Source: an uncultured virus (IMG/VR IMGVR_UViG_3300049846_000440) (Duplodnaviria > Heunggongvirae > Uroviricota > Caudoviricetes). Taken from it: a stretch of DNA of 20,000 nucleotides. The translations under genes were made by a program, and so were the position numbers. The notes under the pieces are model-generated. The model did not search any database. It was given only the letters and a program-made list of their open reading frames with translations, and was not told the origin of the DNA. This document shows, piece by piece, positions 1-9,722 of this stretch; positions within the stretch are counted from its first letter, which is position 1; the number at the start of each line of letters is the position of its first letter. Location of the stretch: IMG/VR virus record IMGVR_UViG_3300049846_000440. One strand, written 5' to 3'.

Positions 1-3000
1 AGACGAGGCTCAGTACGACTCCAACAGCTTCAGTGCCTTGACCCCATCTGAGCAGGCTCTGAAGTTTGAAGGCGTTGTAAACAAGGCCAAGGTGAGCGGG
101 ATTATCCCAAGTATCACGGAACTGGCCGCTACACTAAAAGCCAATAAGGTTGTAATCAAAAAGATATACGCAGACCTAAAGGCTGAGTACGAGCGGCAGT
201 ATCCGCCTGCTCCGATTCCTGAAGGACAGAAGGTTACACAAAAGCAGTTCCAGAACAATGGGTTTACCCGAATCAAAATGATCGGGGAAGAACCGTACTT
301 CGACAACACGGTCACCTCTGCGGCGAAAGCGATTGACCTCGGGTTGGAACTGACGGTCCCGCTCGGGGTTACTCCTCATCCGAACATCATAATCGACAAG
401 GACCGTAACGTAGTCCGGGTGTTTCATCCAACGTACGGATCGATTCGGCAACCGGGGGATTATGCGAAGGCGAGGGCAAATGATCCGGCGGTAATCCGCG
501 AAACCCTCAGACGAGAAGACGCTCGTTTGGAAGCCACGCACGAAGCCTATTTCAAGGACACCGTCAAAAACGAAATCGTACCAAGGTTTGCCGAACTGTC
601 CGACGAGGCGAAGATCGTTATTTACTCCAGCATAAAACAGGCGGACGGAAAAGTATTGGCTAACCGTAAAGCCAAACTGGAAAAACAAATTGCGAAGCTG
701 ACTACGCAATTGGAATCCCCGTTTTCTGCGTTGGAAGCGGACGCCCTCAACGAACAGTTGAACGCAGCAAAGGCTCAACTCAGCTCGCTGGAGGATCTTA
801 TTCAACGGGATATCTTCAACGCCCCAGAGTTGTTGAACTACGTCGATCCAGACACTCTGTACGATACCCTGACGAATCCCGCGTTGCAGAAGAAACAACT
901 CCCAGCCGAGGACATCGCCAAGATTCGGGACATCGCAAAGGTTTTCGCGGAGCGCACAGAGTTGATCGAAGAAGGATTGTTCCCCACGATCAACTCCAAC
1001 CTCAACTCCAAGGTGCAGCAGTTCTTGCAAGAGCAGTTCCGCAAGGAAGGCAAGAGCAACACCGTTGGTATCGTGGTCAGCATCGGGGATCTCACTGATC
1101 CAAACCATGTTCTTCTAAGTCGCACCATCGAATCCTTTTTCGGAAGTCCGGGAGCGTATAAAGTTCCGGCACCTGAAGGGGATATCCTTGTCAACGTGCG
1201 GGATTTGGAAACGGCACGGAACAGGTGGCTCGACTATTTGACTTCTGTTTCCAACGAGCTTCTTCAAAAGCGGCCTGAGATCCAGACATGGAACTCGTTT
1301 CTCAAATCTGCCGAAGGTAAACGCAACGCATTGGTAAAGCAGTTGTTTGAAAAAGCGCAGGTTGCGAAACAAGACCTGCTGATCGGTGCGGCCTACATGA
1401 ACACCGATTTCCTTCTGACGGTGTACCCAAATGTAAACCGGGATACCACATTGGACATCGTATCGGACAAACTCCGCAAATCCCTGCGCGAGTACCAACC
1501 TGCGTCCGCTTCCAGTGTGATGCGGTACGGGTCGTTCAAGATGGCGATGAAAGCCGTCACGGATATTCAACGGTCCAAACTAGGACGGATGCAAGAATCC
1601 GCTTTGTCCTTGGAGTCGTTGGAAGAAACGGGGGATGCGCTGTTGGTCGAAGGGATTCGGAATGGAAGCATAAAAGCGACCTCTACGACGAAGTCTTTAA
1701 GGGGCGCAATGGATGCGTTCATAGACGACACGCTCAAGACGACCAAGGTGTCCGTGCGTAAAGGTAAAGTAATACTGGATGCGAATAGCCCCATCGATCT
1801 TTGGGATGTGGTTAATGCTACATCCGTAAACATTCGGGAAGATGTAACCGTTTCCAAAGAAGAATACGGCATACTCAAACGGTTCGCCTTGAACGCGAAA
1901 CGCACCGTTGAAAAAGACCTCGCAACCCGCGCAGCGGCGGCACCTATTTTGCGCGAACAGAATGAGGCTTCCTTGTTCTTTGTTTTAGAGGAAGGGTACA
2001 AAGACACGCCTTCAATTGATCTTCCGAAAACCGAGTCGGGGGACGTTAAACCGTTTGAAAGTTTGACGTTCGCGGAATTGGCGAAGCTCAGTCTGAAGTA
2101 TAAGTACTCCAAGACCAAGGTCACCAACGTGATCCGCAGAGCAGTGGATCGTTCGATCTTGGAAGCCAAGGCAGCGGAACTCGGTGTTCGTGGGTTGCTC
2201 CAATACGGAACCCCGATTGCAGGGATTCAGGCTTACTACGATCCGTCTTCGGACGCCATCGTACTGAACACCGAGAACATTGACGGGACACAGATGGCGA
2301 TCCGCAAGCTCTACCATGAGTTGACGGAGCGGAACTTGGTTTACCTCAACGCTACAAAAGCAGGTAAGGCAGAACTCCAGACGATCTTCAACGGGGCGAA
2401 GAACGAACTGATGGCGTCGATCCCTGTAGTCCTGAAAGAATCAGGGTATGCAAACGTGCAGGAACTGATGGACGACTATGGGTTCGCCACGGAGGAAGAA
2501 CTCCTTGGTGAGCTTACTGCTCGGTACGCGGAACGTATCGCTGACAAGCCGAAGCCTTCTTGGTGGCAGACGCTGATGGCGAAGCTGCGGCTGTGGATGT
2601 CCAAACACTTCGGCTCCCACATCTCTGGGGAAACCTTGGAACACTGGCTTGCCGGAAACATCAAACGGTTCGCCGCTTCCAGCCCTAGCGCGGAGGTTCG
2701 TGAAGGAACCCTCTCCGAAAAACTCCAGCGTATTGACGAACGGTTTAAGCAAGTGGTCGATGCAGGCAATCAGGATATGCAGCGGATCATGGTGGACGCA
2801 GCGGCCAATACCGCTGGTCTGGTTGGTCCCCTCTGGCATTCTGGTACCTACGATCCTGCTTCTGGTGAAGCTCTCACCAAACCTTTGCACCTCGGCACCA
2901 GACAGGCTGCGGCAGAACGCAGCGTGGGCAAACCCGCCGACGACGAGATCGCTTTGGTGCAGGCGTACCAGACGGAAGACAACGAGTGGCACTGGGACGA

Positions 3001-6000
3001 TGGCCGGGGGACTACGTCCGAAAGCCTCGACGAAGGCGGATATGCAACGGAAGAGGAAGCCCTAGCCAGCGGAAGGAACTTCGTCTACAACGATCTTAAT
3101 TTTGACGAACTGTACAACGACGACACGAACATCAGTCGGTTGTTCATCGACGCCAAAAAAGTAAAGCGGGTTGAAGATGTAGGCGGAGCGAACGGCGAAT
3201 GGGATGCGGAGATCGAGAAGGCGAAGCAGGAAGGTTATGATGCCATCTCGTACATCAACCGCTACGAAGATCGCGGATCGGTTTCGTACCTCGTGTGGGA
3301 TACCCCGCAGGTCAGGAACGGGGAGCTTGTTACTTACGACGATGCCGGGAACCTGATCCCGTTGTCCGCACGGTTCAACCTCGACAATCCTTATCCTCGG
3401 TTCTCCAAGGAGAAGGCAGACGAGGAACGGAGCGAGTACGAGGAACGCTTGGATCAGCTCCAACTCAAGGTGGAGCAGGGCGAGATCAACTCTGCAATGG
3501 ATCGTTTTGAGGTCGCACCGGAAACTATGGTGTCCTCTGAGTTGAATAGCCCGAACCATTTCTGGACGGCAGCCCGGAGCGTGGCAATCACCTCGGACAA
3601 CGCATTCAGCCGAGAGATATATAACCTCATCAACAAGCTGAATATGCAGCAACTGCGTAAGGTCAACTTGCCTTCGCTGCAAATCCAACTGGAGAAAGGG
3701 TTGCCCACTGAAACCGTATTCGACCCAGCGCAGAACCTGATCCGTATCTCGGCGGATGCCGGGATGTCTTACGACGAGATGTCTGACGCAATCATGCGTT
3801 CAGGGTTACAGGCTGCCTTGTACAACGCGGCAAGCAATGGGTTGCCTACCATCGCAGGCAAATCTGGTGGTTCCGATCAGCGTGTGACCGAGGCGGTGCA
3901 GAAGCTGACGAGGGCGTTGAAGGCTTCGGGCAGCGGGTTGTCGTTGCAGGATTTCGCGTTACAGGCGTTCGATCCGGCATTCATTGACCGGATGCACATG
4001 ACCCACCCTCCCGGTAATCCTAGCGAGAACGTGGGCCGGATGATCATGGACTCGCTGTACACTTTGCTGGGGGTTGACCCAGCCAAAGGAACCGCCGAGG
4101 AAGTGGCGCGTTTGATGGGGTCTTCGGCAGAAGCTCAGAGGTTTGCCGAGTACAAGGTCAACGAAGCTGCGCGGTTCGGTGGAACCAAGCCGACGACCGC
4201 AGCCAAGTCGATTCTAGGCAATACCCCAGAAGTGGACGCGGCGTTGAAAGGCTCGACGTACTTCAACGAGTACGAGAAGGAGAACGTCGATAACGCCAAC
4301 GCATGGGTCGCCAACTTCAACGGGGATCTCGACGGAGCGTGGTTGGCATTGAAGTCCAACTCGACGGAGGCGAACAAGCTAACTACCCGTGAGCAAATCG
4401 TAGCCTACGCAATCGTTGCGCAGAAGTTCGCGGACCTGTCCGCCATCGCGAAGAAGAACAACGAGCCGTACGCCGCGCAGGATCTCATGCGCCAGTCTAT
4501 TGCAGTACGGCGTGACTTGGAAACCATCGGTAGCGCGGCGGGGCAGGAACTTCAGATCTTCGCCACACTCAAGCGGATGTTCAACGGAAGCTACATCCGA
4601 GCTGCAATCATTGACCCCATCGTGCAAACGGTAGGCAAGGCGGTGGGAGGCGAAGTGGTCGTGAAAGGTATCGAGGCGGCCCGTGCAACTGTATCCGAAG
4701 CAGCGGCGACTTCTACCGCAGCCAAAACTCAGCAGCTCATCAAGGCAATCGCTGGCGGAAAGGTGGATCAGAACACAGATCAATTGGTGTTCGACTTCTT
4801 CAACGCCGTGTACGACCCAACCAAGCTGAACGACAAGCTGATCGGGGAGATCGCCAAACGGTTGGTGGACTCCACCATTACTCGTTTGACTGGTGGCGTT
4901 GCCAAACCCCAAGTCGATTCCCTTCGGCAGAACCTGTACAAGTCGGTGGCGCAGCAGTTCAACGCTTTGATTTCGGTCGAACGTGCGAAGGTAGACCCGA
5001 ACTTGGAATCGATCTTGGTCGATAATCTGGATCTGGCGGAACGCTCATTTGAGGCGGCAAAGGAACAGTTGCTGGCGAGCAAGACGTTGACTCCTGAACA
5101 GGCGGCCTCGGTGCAAGCAGCGAAGTTTAGTTCGTTCGATTACAACAAGACACAGAAGATCCTGAAGAAGCATCTTGATATTGCCAAGCTGGTGCGGTCT
5201 TCGCTGGCGAACCAGAACGCTACGCTCGGCAGCCTGATCACGGAGTTGATCAATAAGGCGGGACTCAGTAAGGCAACCGCTGCGGAAGTGGCGAACGCTT
5301 TGACTGCTGTCTACAACGTCGAGGCTAAGAAGGAAGCTCGGAAACAGATCGACCGCATCGTCAACGCTCAACCGAATACGGCGAAGGTTAAGATCACCGA
5401 TTTCGAGAAGCTCGTTCAGTTCTTCAACATCGGCGCGTTCGATACCGAGGAGTATTGGAACGCAGTGGCGAAGCAGAATCCGAAGTTGAATCTTCCCACC
5501 TACGATCCCGCGTTCGTCAAGCAGTTGATGGAAGACGCGGACGCGGTGGCCGCGATGCCGGATAGCTTGGTCAAGCAGGAGCGCATCGTGAAGCTGATGA
5601 CCCGCGTGGCGGAGATGCATTCCAAGAACCTGAAAGGGTTCAAACAGAAGATCGCTTACTGGGGTGGTAACGTACTTCCCTCCGTTTGGACTGCGGGTAT
5701 TCTGTCTGGGGTGCCAACCCAGATGGTCAACTTGGTGGCTACTAAGTTGAACGTACTCCTACAATCAGGGTTTCAGGCTCTGGGCTACGGCTACGCTACC
5801 TACAAACAAACGGGCGATGTGTCGAAGGCGTTGGGGTATTTCAAGGACGTGATCGCTTCGTACCAGACTCTTGCGTCAGTGTTGGACAAAACCAATTCAC
5901 TGAACGTGGTGAGTAGGCAAGCGTTGGAGGTAGGGAAGAACCGCTTCGCCATGATGACGGGGCAACCGCTGAGTGTGTTGGAATCTTTGAAGTCCCCCAT

Positions 6001-7576
6001 CCTTCAAGGGCACAAGTGGGTCGGGCGTTTCATGTCTTCTGCGGATGCATTCAATACCCAGCTTGCCTACGAGATCAACCAGCGGTTGGCGTTCCGGTAT
6101 GCCAGCATTCAAGATCCTAGCCTATTAAAGGAAGGGCTTGCTTCCTTTAATCCGAACGCCGCTACCCAAGGGGCTATCGAAGCCCAGTTGAATTCGGAAG
6201 GATTGAAGGGGCGCGATAGGGATCTTCGTAGGGTAGAACTCACAGAGCAGTACCGCAAAGAGTTGGTGAACGACGAACAGTTCCTCACCAACACATTGTC
6301 CACGTCAATGGAGTGGACCATGAACAGCCAACCGAAAGGGTTCATCGGTCTCATATTCGCTGGCACTGCGGAGTTCTTGAGGAAGCAAACGGGAGGAGCA
6401 TCGCAGATGTTGCTCCCGTTTATGACCACTGTATCGAACCTCACAAACTCCTTATTGGATTTCACGCCAGTGGGTATTGCCAGAGCATTGGGGTTCCGCG
6501 CTTCCCGTATGCTTGAAGGGCGATACAAAGCGGAGACGCCAGCGGTAGGTACCCCAGAGTACCACGCCCTGTGGGCGAGGGCTATTGTGGGGAATGCTGC
6601 GCTGATGTTATTGGGATCGTTGGCGGCGATGTTCTTCGACGATGAGAAGAAAGGGAAGACCCCGTACTTCGCGATCTACGGGGCTGGACCAACAAATCCA
6701 AACGATCGCAAGCAATGGGAAGCCGCAGGTTGGTTGCCCTTCAGCGTTCGCGTAGGCGACCTGTCGATACCTTATCGGGATATGCCGGGGTTCAGTCTAG
6801 TTCTTGGGGCCTTAGGGAGTATCTTCGACACGGCGCGGTTCACACGAAACCCGGATAAGAAGACAGCAGCAGAGATGTCCATGTTCATGGCACTTGGAGT
6901 AGTCTCTACTCTGTTTGAGAAGAACCTATTGTCCGGTGTGTCCAACCTGTTTGAGGTGATCAGCAACCCGGATGCGCGAGGACTCGCCGCATTCCAAAAC
7001 ATGGCTGGATCATGGGTCGGTGGGGTTACCAATCCGCGTCTGGTCGATTACTTCACAAGCCTGCTGTTCCGCCGGGACGAGAATAACGACCTGATGAAGA
7101 TGGATCGTTCTACAGCAGGGTCGTGGTTTGCTTCGGTTGTCCCGGTAGTTGGTCCCCTGATCAACAACAAACCCGCACTGAATGTGTTGGGCGACCCTAT
7201 TACGGAGGCAAAACTGGAGCCGATCACTCGTCGATTTGTGGACATCTTCGGAGATCCGCATCCGATAATTGCCCCTCTGGTCAGGGCTGGGATGACCATC
7301 CCCGCTCCGTCTAAGTCAACCCAGTTCGCAGTGAACGGGCAGAAGTACACGATGTCAGATTCAGAGAACGCTTACCGCAGGTTCGTCGAACTGCGTGGGG
7401 ATCGGCTCAAGCAAGTGCTGACTCCTGCTGTTATTGAAAACCTTGTACGTATTGCCCAACAGTCTGGAGTGGACAAGGCTCAGAAGAAACTGGGAGATAT
7501 AACAGAGAACTGTAGGGATTCCGCAGTTCTCCGGCTACGGCAGGAGATTGCTTCCAACAAGCTATCACTGAAGTAG
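1..7576 (+). CDS. Giant phage polyvalent / internal virion (ejected) protein, 5'-truncated, >2500 aa; contains zincin-like, ART-like and C-terminal ejection-protein-like regions
   Basis: The frame is open from position 2 to TAG at 7574-7576, so the true start lies outside the window. Zincin-like segment YYDPSSDAIVL..LYHELTE..EEELLGE at ~2230-2540. ART-PolyVal-like segment WHSGT..LHLGT..A..GYDAISY.N..ED.GS.SY.V....QV at ~2830-3320, followed by VTYDDAGNLIPLSARFN. The C-terminal GAGP..RKQWEAAGWLPFSVRVGD motif with hydrophobic helices is typical of large phage internal proteins. Confidence 0.8.
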   Translation, partial: DEAQYDSNSFSALTPSEQALKFEGVVNKAKVSGIIPSITELAATLKANKVVIKKIYADLKAEYERQYPPAPIPEGQKVTQKQFQNNGFTRIKMIGEEPYFDNTVTSAAKAIDLGLELTVPLGVTPHPNIIIDKDRNVVRVFHPTYGSIRQPGDYAKARANDPAVIRETLRREDARLEATHEAYFKDTVKNEIVPRFAELSDEAKIVIYSSIKQADGKVLANRKAKLEKQIAKLTTQLESPFSALEADALNEQLNAAKAQLSSLEDLIQRDIFNAPELLNYVDPDTLYDTLTNPALQKKQLPAEDIAKIRDIAKVFAERTELIEEGLFPTINSNLNSKVQQFLQEQFRKEGKSNTVGIVVSIGDLTDPNHVLLSRTIESFFGSPGAYKVPAPEGDILVNVRDLETARNRWLDYLTSVSNELLQKRPEIQTWNSFLKSAEGKRNALVKQLFEKAQVAKQDLLIGAAYMNTDFLLTVYPNVNRDTTLDIVSDKLRKSLREYQPASASSVMRYGSFKMAMKAVTDIQRSKLGRMQESALSLESLEETGDALLVEGIRNGSIKATSTTKSLRGAMDAFIDDTLKTTKVSVRKGKVILDANSPIDLWDVVNATSVNIREDVTVSKEEYGILKRFALNAKRTVEKDLATRAAAAPILREQNEASLFFVLEEGYKDTPSIDLPKTESGDVKPFESLTFAELAKLSLKYKYSKTKVTNVIRRAVDRSILEAKAAELGVRGLLQYGTPIAGIQAYYDPSSDAIVLNTENIDGTQMAIRKLYHELTERNLVYLNATKAGKAELQTIFNGAKNELMASIPVVLKESGYANVQELMDDYGFATEEELLGELTARYAERIADKPKPSWWQTLMAKLRLWMSKHFGSHISGETLEHWLAGNIKRFAASSPSAEVREGTLSEKLQRIDERFKQVVDAGNQDMQRIMVDAAANTAGLVGPLWHSGTYDPASGEALTKPLHLGTRQAAAERSVGKPADDEIALVQAYQTEDNEWHWDDGRGTTSESLDEGGYATEEEALASGRNFVYNDLNFDELYNDDTNISRLFIDAKKVKRVEDVGGANGEWDAEIEKAKQEGYDAISYINRYEDRGSVSYLVWDTPQVRNGELVTYDDAGNLIPLSARFNLDNPYPRFSKEKADEERSEYEERLDQLQLKVEQGEINSAMDRFEVAPETMVSSELNSPNHFWTAARSVAITSDNAFSREIYNLINKLNMQQLRKVNLPSLQIQLEKGLPTETVFDPAQNLIRISADAGMSYDEMSDAIMRSGLQAALYNAASNGLPTIAGKSGGSDQRVTEAVQKLTRALKASGSGLSLQDFALQAFDPAFIDRMHMTHPPGNPSENVGRMIMDSLYTLLGVDPAKGTAEEVARLMGSSAEAQRFAEYKVNEAARFGGTKPTTAAKSILGNTPEVDAALKGSTYFNEYEKENVDNANAWVANFNGDLDGAWLALKSNSTEANKLTTREQIVAYAIVAQKFADLSAIAKKNNEPYAAQDLMRQSIAVRRDLETIGSAAGQELQIFATLKRMFNGSYIRAAIIDPIVQTVGKAVGGEVVVKGIEAARATVSEAAATSTAAKTQQLIKAIAGGKVDQNTDQLVFDFFNAVYDPTKLNDKLIGEIAKRLVDSTITRLTGGVAKPQVDSLRQNLYKSVAQQFNALISVERAKVDPNLESILVDNLDLAERSFEAAKEQLLASKTLTPEQAASVQAAKFSSFDYNKTQKILKKHLDIAKLVRSSLANQNATLGSLITELINKAGLSKATAAEVANALTAVYNVEAKKEARKQIDRIVNAQPNTAKVKITDFEKLVQFFNIGAFDTEEYWNAVAKQNPKLNLPTYDPAFVKQLMEDADAVAAMPDSLVKQERIVKLMTRVAEMHSKNLKGFKQKIAYWGGNVLPSVWTAGILSGVPTQMVNLVATKLNVLLQSGFQALGYGYATYKQTGDVSKALGYFKDVIASYQTLASVLDKTNSLNVVSRQALEVGKNRFAMMTGQPLSVLESLKSPILQGHKWVGRFMSSADAFNTQLAYEINQRLAFRYASIQDPSLLKEGLASFNPNAATQGAIEAQLNSEGLKGRDRDLRRVELTEQYRKELVNDEQFLTNTLSTSMEWTMNSQPKGFIGLIFAGTAEFLRKQTGGASQMLLPFMTTVSNLTNSLLDFTPVGIARALGFRASRMLEGRYKAETPAVGTPEYHALWARAIVGNAALMLLGSLAAMFFDDEKKGKTPYFAIYGAGPTNPNDRKQWEAAGWLPFSVRVGDLSIPYRDMPGFSLVLGALGSIFDTARFTRNPDKKTAAEMSMFMALGVVSTLFEKNLLSGVSNLFEVISNPDARGLAAFQNMAGSWVGGVTNPRLVDYFTSLLFRRDENNDLMKMDRSTAGSWFASVVPVVGPLINNKPALNVLGDPITEAKLEPITRRFVDIFGDPHPIIAPLVRAGMTIPAPSKSTQFAVNGQKYTMSDSENAYRRFVELRGDRLKQVLTPAVIENLVRIAQQSGVDKAQKKLGDITENCRDSAVLRLRQEIASNKLSLK

Positions 7577-7690
7577 CTTGAGTAAAGTTCCTACAATGAT
7601 GGCTGGGATGCATACAATTACGAGAGACGCCACGAACATTGCGGAGCACGCCGTAACGGCGAATGTTGCTAACTTGATTTTGTTTTCCAT

Positions 7691-8296
7691 ATGTTTGTAA
7701 ATAAAACTGACGCTACCCCTAACGGGGGTTGGAGATATACCCATCCCGTCACCGGGATGAAGTTCGGATCTATCGTTTACGGGGTTCTTTTGACATTGGT
7801 TCAGAAGCATTGCAAGGCGAACAATCTTCCATTCGATCTAGCTACATTTGAAGACGAGCTTTGTAAACAAGCGCACAACGGGGGCAACTGCGCGGAGGGT
7901 ACCAAGGAGTATCCGGTTCAGCCGAAGCGCACGACCATTGACGAAGCGGCGGGCTTCATCTCAGTCGTAAAGGAATGGATGAAGGACAGAGACTTCGTAC
8001 CTCAGGAGGAAGCAGAACGCCGCGCTGAGATCTGCGCTGCCTGCCCAGAGAACCAACAGATTGCGGGTTGCTCTGCTTGCCGTAACCTAGTTGGTAGGCT
8101 CACCCAATTGCTTGGGCAGCGTAGGACGAAGCGGGATTCAGAGTTACAGGGATGCAGGGTCTGTGGTTGCTCCAATGTGGCGCAGGTCCACGTTCCCTTG
8201 GACGCCTTGGCAAAGGGAATCAAACCGGACATGGTGTTCCCCGATCATTGCTGGAAGAAGGAAGCATATGCCCTACTCAAAACCGAAACTACGTGA
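7691..8296 (+). CDS. Cys-rich hypothetical phage protein (putative metal-binding), 201 aa
   Basis: ATG-started ORF co-oriented with the giant gene. Motifs CAACP, CSAC, CRVCGC and a terminal PDHCWK. Confidence 0.75.
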   Translation: MFVNKTDATPNGGWRYTHPVTGMKFGSIVYGVLLTLVQKHCKANNLPFDLATFEDELCKQAHNGGNCAEGTKEYPVQPKRTTIDEAAGFISVVKEWMKDRDFVPQEEAERRAEICAACPENQQIAGCSACRNLVGRLTQLLGQRRTKRDSELQGCRVCGCSNVAQVHVPLDALAKGIKPDMVFPDHCWKKEAYALLKTETT

Positions 8297-8663
8297 ATCA
8301 ATTAAGGACCGCATTATGTCCGGGTCCAAGGGAGGTCGTCCCGGCCAATGGTCTGCTCGAAAAGCCCAGCTTGTAGCGCAGGCTTACGAGAAGGCGGGGG
8401 GCGGATACACAGGGGCGAAGACTGCCAAGCAGAAGAGCCTGTCCAAGTGGACCAAGGAAGACTGGGGAACCAAATCAGGTAAGCCGTCAACCCAAGGTCC
8501 GAAGGCTACGGGCGAGCGGTACTTGCCGAAGAAGGCTAGGCAAGCATTGAGTTCCAGCGAATATGCTGCAACCACTCGGGCGAAGCGGGAGGGTACGCGG
8601 CAGGGAAAGCAGTTCGTCCGCCAACCCAAACCGATCGCCAAGAAGACGGCGCGGTTCCGTTAG
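8268..8663 (+). CDS. DUF5872-like highly basic phage protein, 131 aa
   Basis: ATG at 8268 (MPYSKPKLRE). Recognisable motifs GSKGG.PGQWSARKAQL....YEKAGGGY and SLSKWTKEDWGTKSGK..GERYLP. Overlaps the upstream gene by 29 nt. Confidence 0.75.
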   Translation: MPYSKPKLRESIKDRIMSGSKGGRPGQWSARKAQLVAQAYEKAGGGYTGAKTAKQKSLSKWTKEDWGTKSGKPSTQGPKATGERYLPKKARQALSSSEYAATTRAKREGTRQGKQFVRQPKPIAKKTARFR

Positions 8664-8866
8664 GTTTGATGCTCGCCACACTTACGAAGCGAATCGAGGT
8701 GGGTTAGCACCAACCCTAACGCTTCGTAGTAACTTCCCCCGTGATTCATAATGGAGGCAGTGTTCCCATCCGAATCCTCGTAGGCCACGGCGATGGTGTG
8801 CGAAGCGAAGTGTTCTCCCAACAGGTCGGACACTTTCTCAAGAATGTTGGCTTGCTGCTCAGTCAT
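8660..8866 (-). CDS. Hypothetical protein, 68 aa
   Basis: ATG start overlapping the upstream gene's end. Last gene of a tightly packed - strand run, convergent with the + strand block. Confidence 0.65.
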   Translation of the reverse strand: MTEQQANILEKVSDLLGEHFASHTIAVAYEDSDGNTASIMNHGGSYYEALGLVLTHLDSLRKCGEHQT

Positions 8867-9155
8867 TTTTGTTCAGGGCTTTGAGTAAATCTACTCGCGT
8901 CGTTGAGTACCAAGCAATCTCGCATTCCTTAAAGTCGCTCATGGCTTGAACCAAATACAGGATTTCCTCAGACACAATAGGAATCAACTTCTGCGACCAG
9001 CGTGGATCTGTAGGGCAATTCACGGTGGCGAATACCACGTCTTCGTCTGGTATTTCAAAGCGGTCAATGTCCGGTTCCGGGATCTCCACGCAGTCAAGAT
9101 CCTTGAGATTCACCTTCGCGTTTAATCCGTGTACTTCAAATTCTATGTCAGTCAT
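8859..9155 (-). CDS. Hypothetical acidic protein, 98 aa
   Basis: ATG start with 8-nt overlaps with both neighbours, consistent with translational coupling. Confidence 0.7.
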   Translation of the reverse strand: MTDIEFEVHGLNAKVNLKDLDCVEIPEPDIDRFEIPDEDVVFATVNCPTDPRWSQKLIPIVSEEILYLVQAMSDFKECEIAWYSTTRVDLLKALNKND

Positions 9156-9489
9156 TTCCCCAAATTTCTATTACCGAAGTTCGTTGTGTGTCTCCACCGC
9201 AAGCCCGCATCTTGGCGTAGGTTTCCGTATACCCTAGCATCACCAAAGCCTCGGCTAGTTTCAGGGGATCAGGCTCGGGAGTATGTCGGTCCCGGACCCA
9301 TTCCATGAACATCGGTGCAGGGATATTTAGTACTGCGTATCTATCCCACCATAGTAATCGCCCAGCCCAAGTACGGACAGGTTGCGGAAAGGTGGCTACC
9401 ATGTCCGCTACGGTTTGGGGGTCTTCTCCCAGTAGTCCCCATCGATAAAGGGGCGGGGGTGCTTTTGGCTTTTCGGAATCCATATTCAC
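9148..9489 (-). CDS. Hypothetical protein, 113 aa
   Basis: ATG start with a 4-nt overlap with the upstream ORF's stop; packed in an operon. Confidence 0.7.
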   Translation of the reverse strand: MNMDSEKPKAPPPLYRWGLLGEDPQTVADMVATFPQPVRTWAGRLLWWDRYAVLNIPAPMFMEWVRDRHTPEPDPLKLAEALVMLGYTETYAKMRACGGDTQRTSVIEIWGND

Positions 9490-9683
9490 TCAGTACGGAT
9501 CTCATCCGCGATGTCGTCAAGCCGTTGTTCTCGACGAACTTTCCTCGACTTTGCGGAGGTGCCCCCACGACAACTCGCGTTGATCGTGTCCCGCATCGTG
9601 TACATATGCCCCCGCTTGGCGAGCCACCTAGTGCAAGCTGCGTCCACAAGTTCCGAGTTCCGCATGACTCTTAGATTTTCCAT
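9486..9683 (-). CDS. Hypothetical basic protein, ~65 aa (possible alternative TTG start at 9719)
   Basis: Fills the gap in the - strand operon; ATG at 9683 (MENLRVM). Confidence 0.55.
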   Translation of the reverse strand: MENLRVMRNSELVDAACTRWLAKRGHMYTMRDTINASCRGGTSAKSRKVRREQRLDDIADEIRTE

Positions 9684-9722
9684 AGTTTGTATTCGTATTT
9701 TGAAGTCTCTGAACTGCAAGGA

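Noticed and set aside
10..7350. Numerous - strand and alternate-frame ORFs within the giant gene (e.g. 176-1108, 1567-2169, 3062-3688)
   Set aside because: These are shadow ORFs of a long coding frame and have no recognisable motifs.
1..7576. Giant protein as a virion RNA polymerase (N4- or crAss-like) that reads the repeated motifs
   Set aside because: I see no DxDxD or T7-like polymerase motifs in the visible part. The missing N-terminus cannot be assessed.
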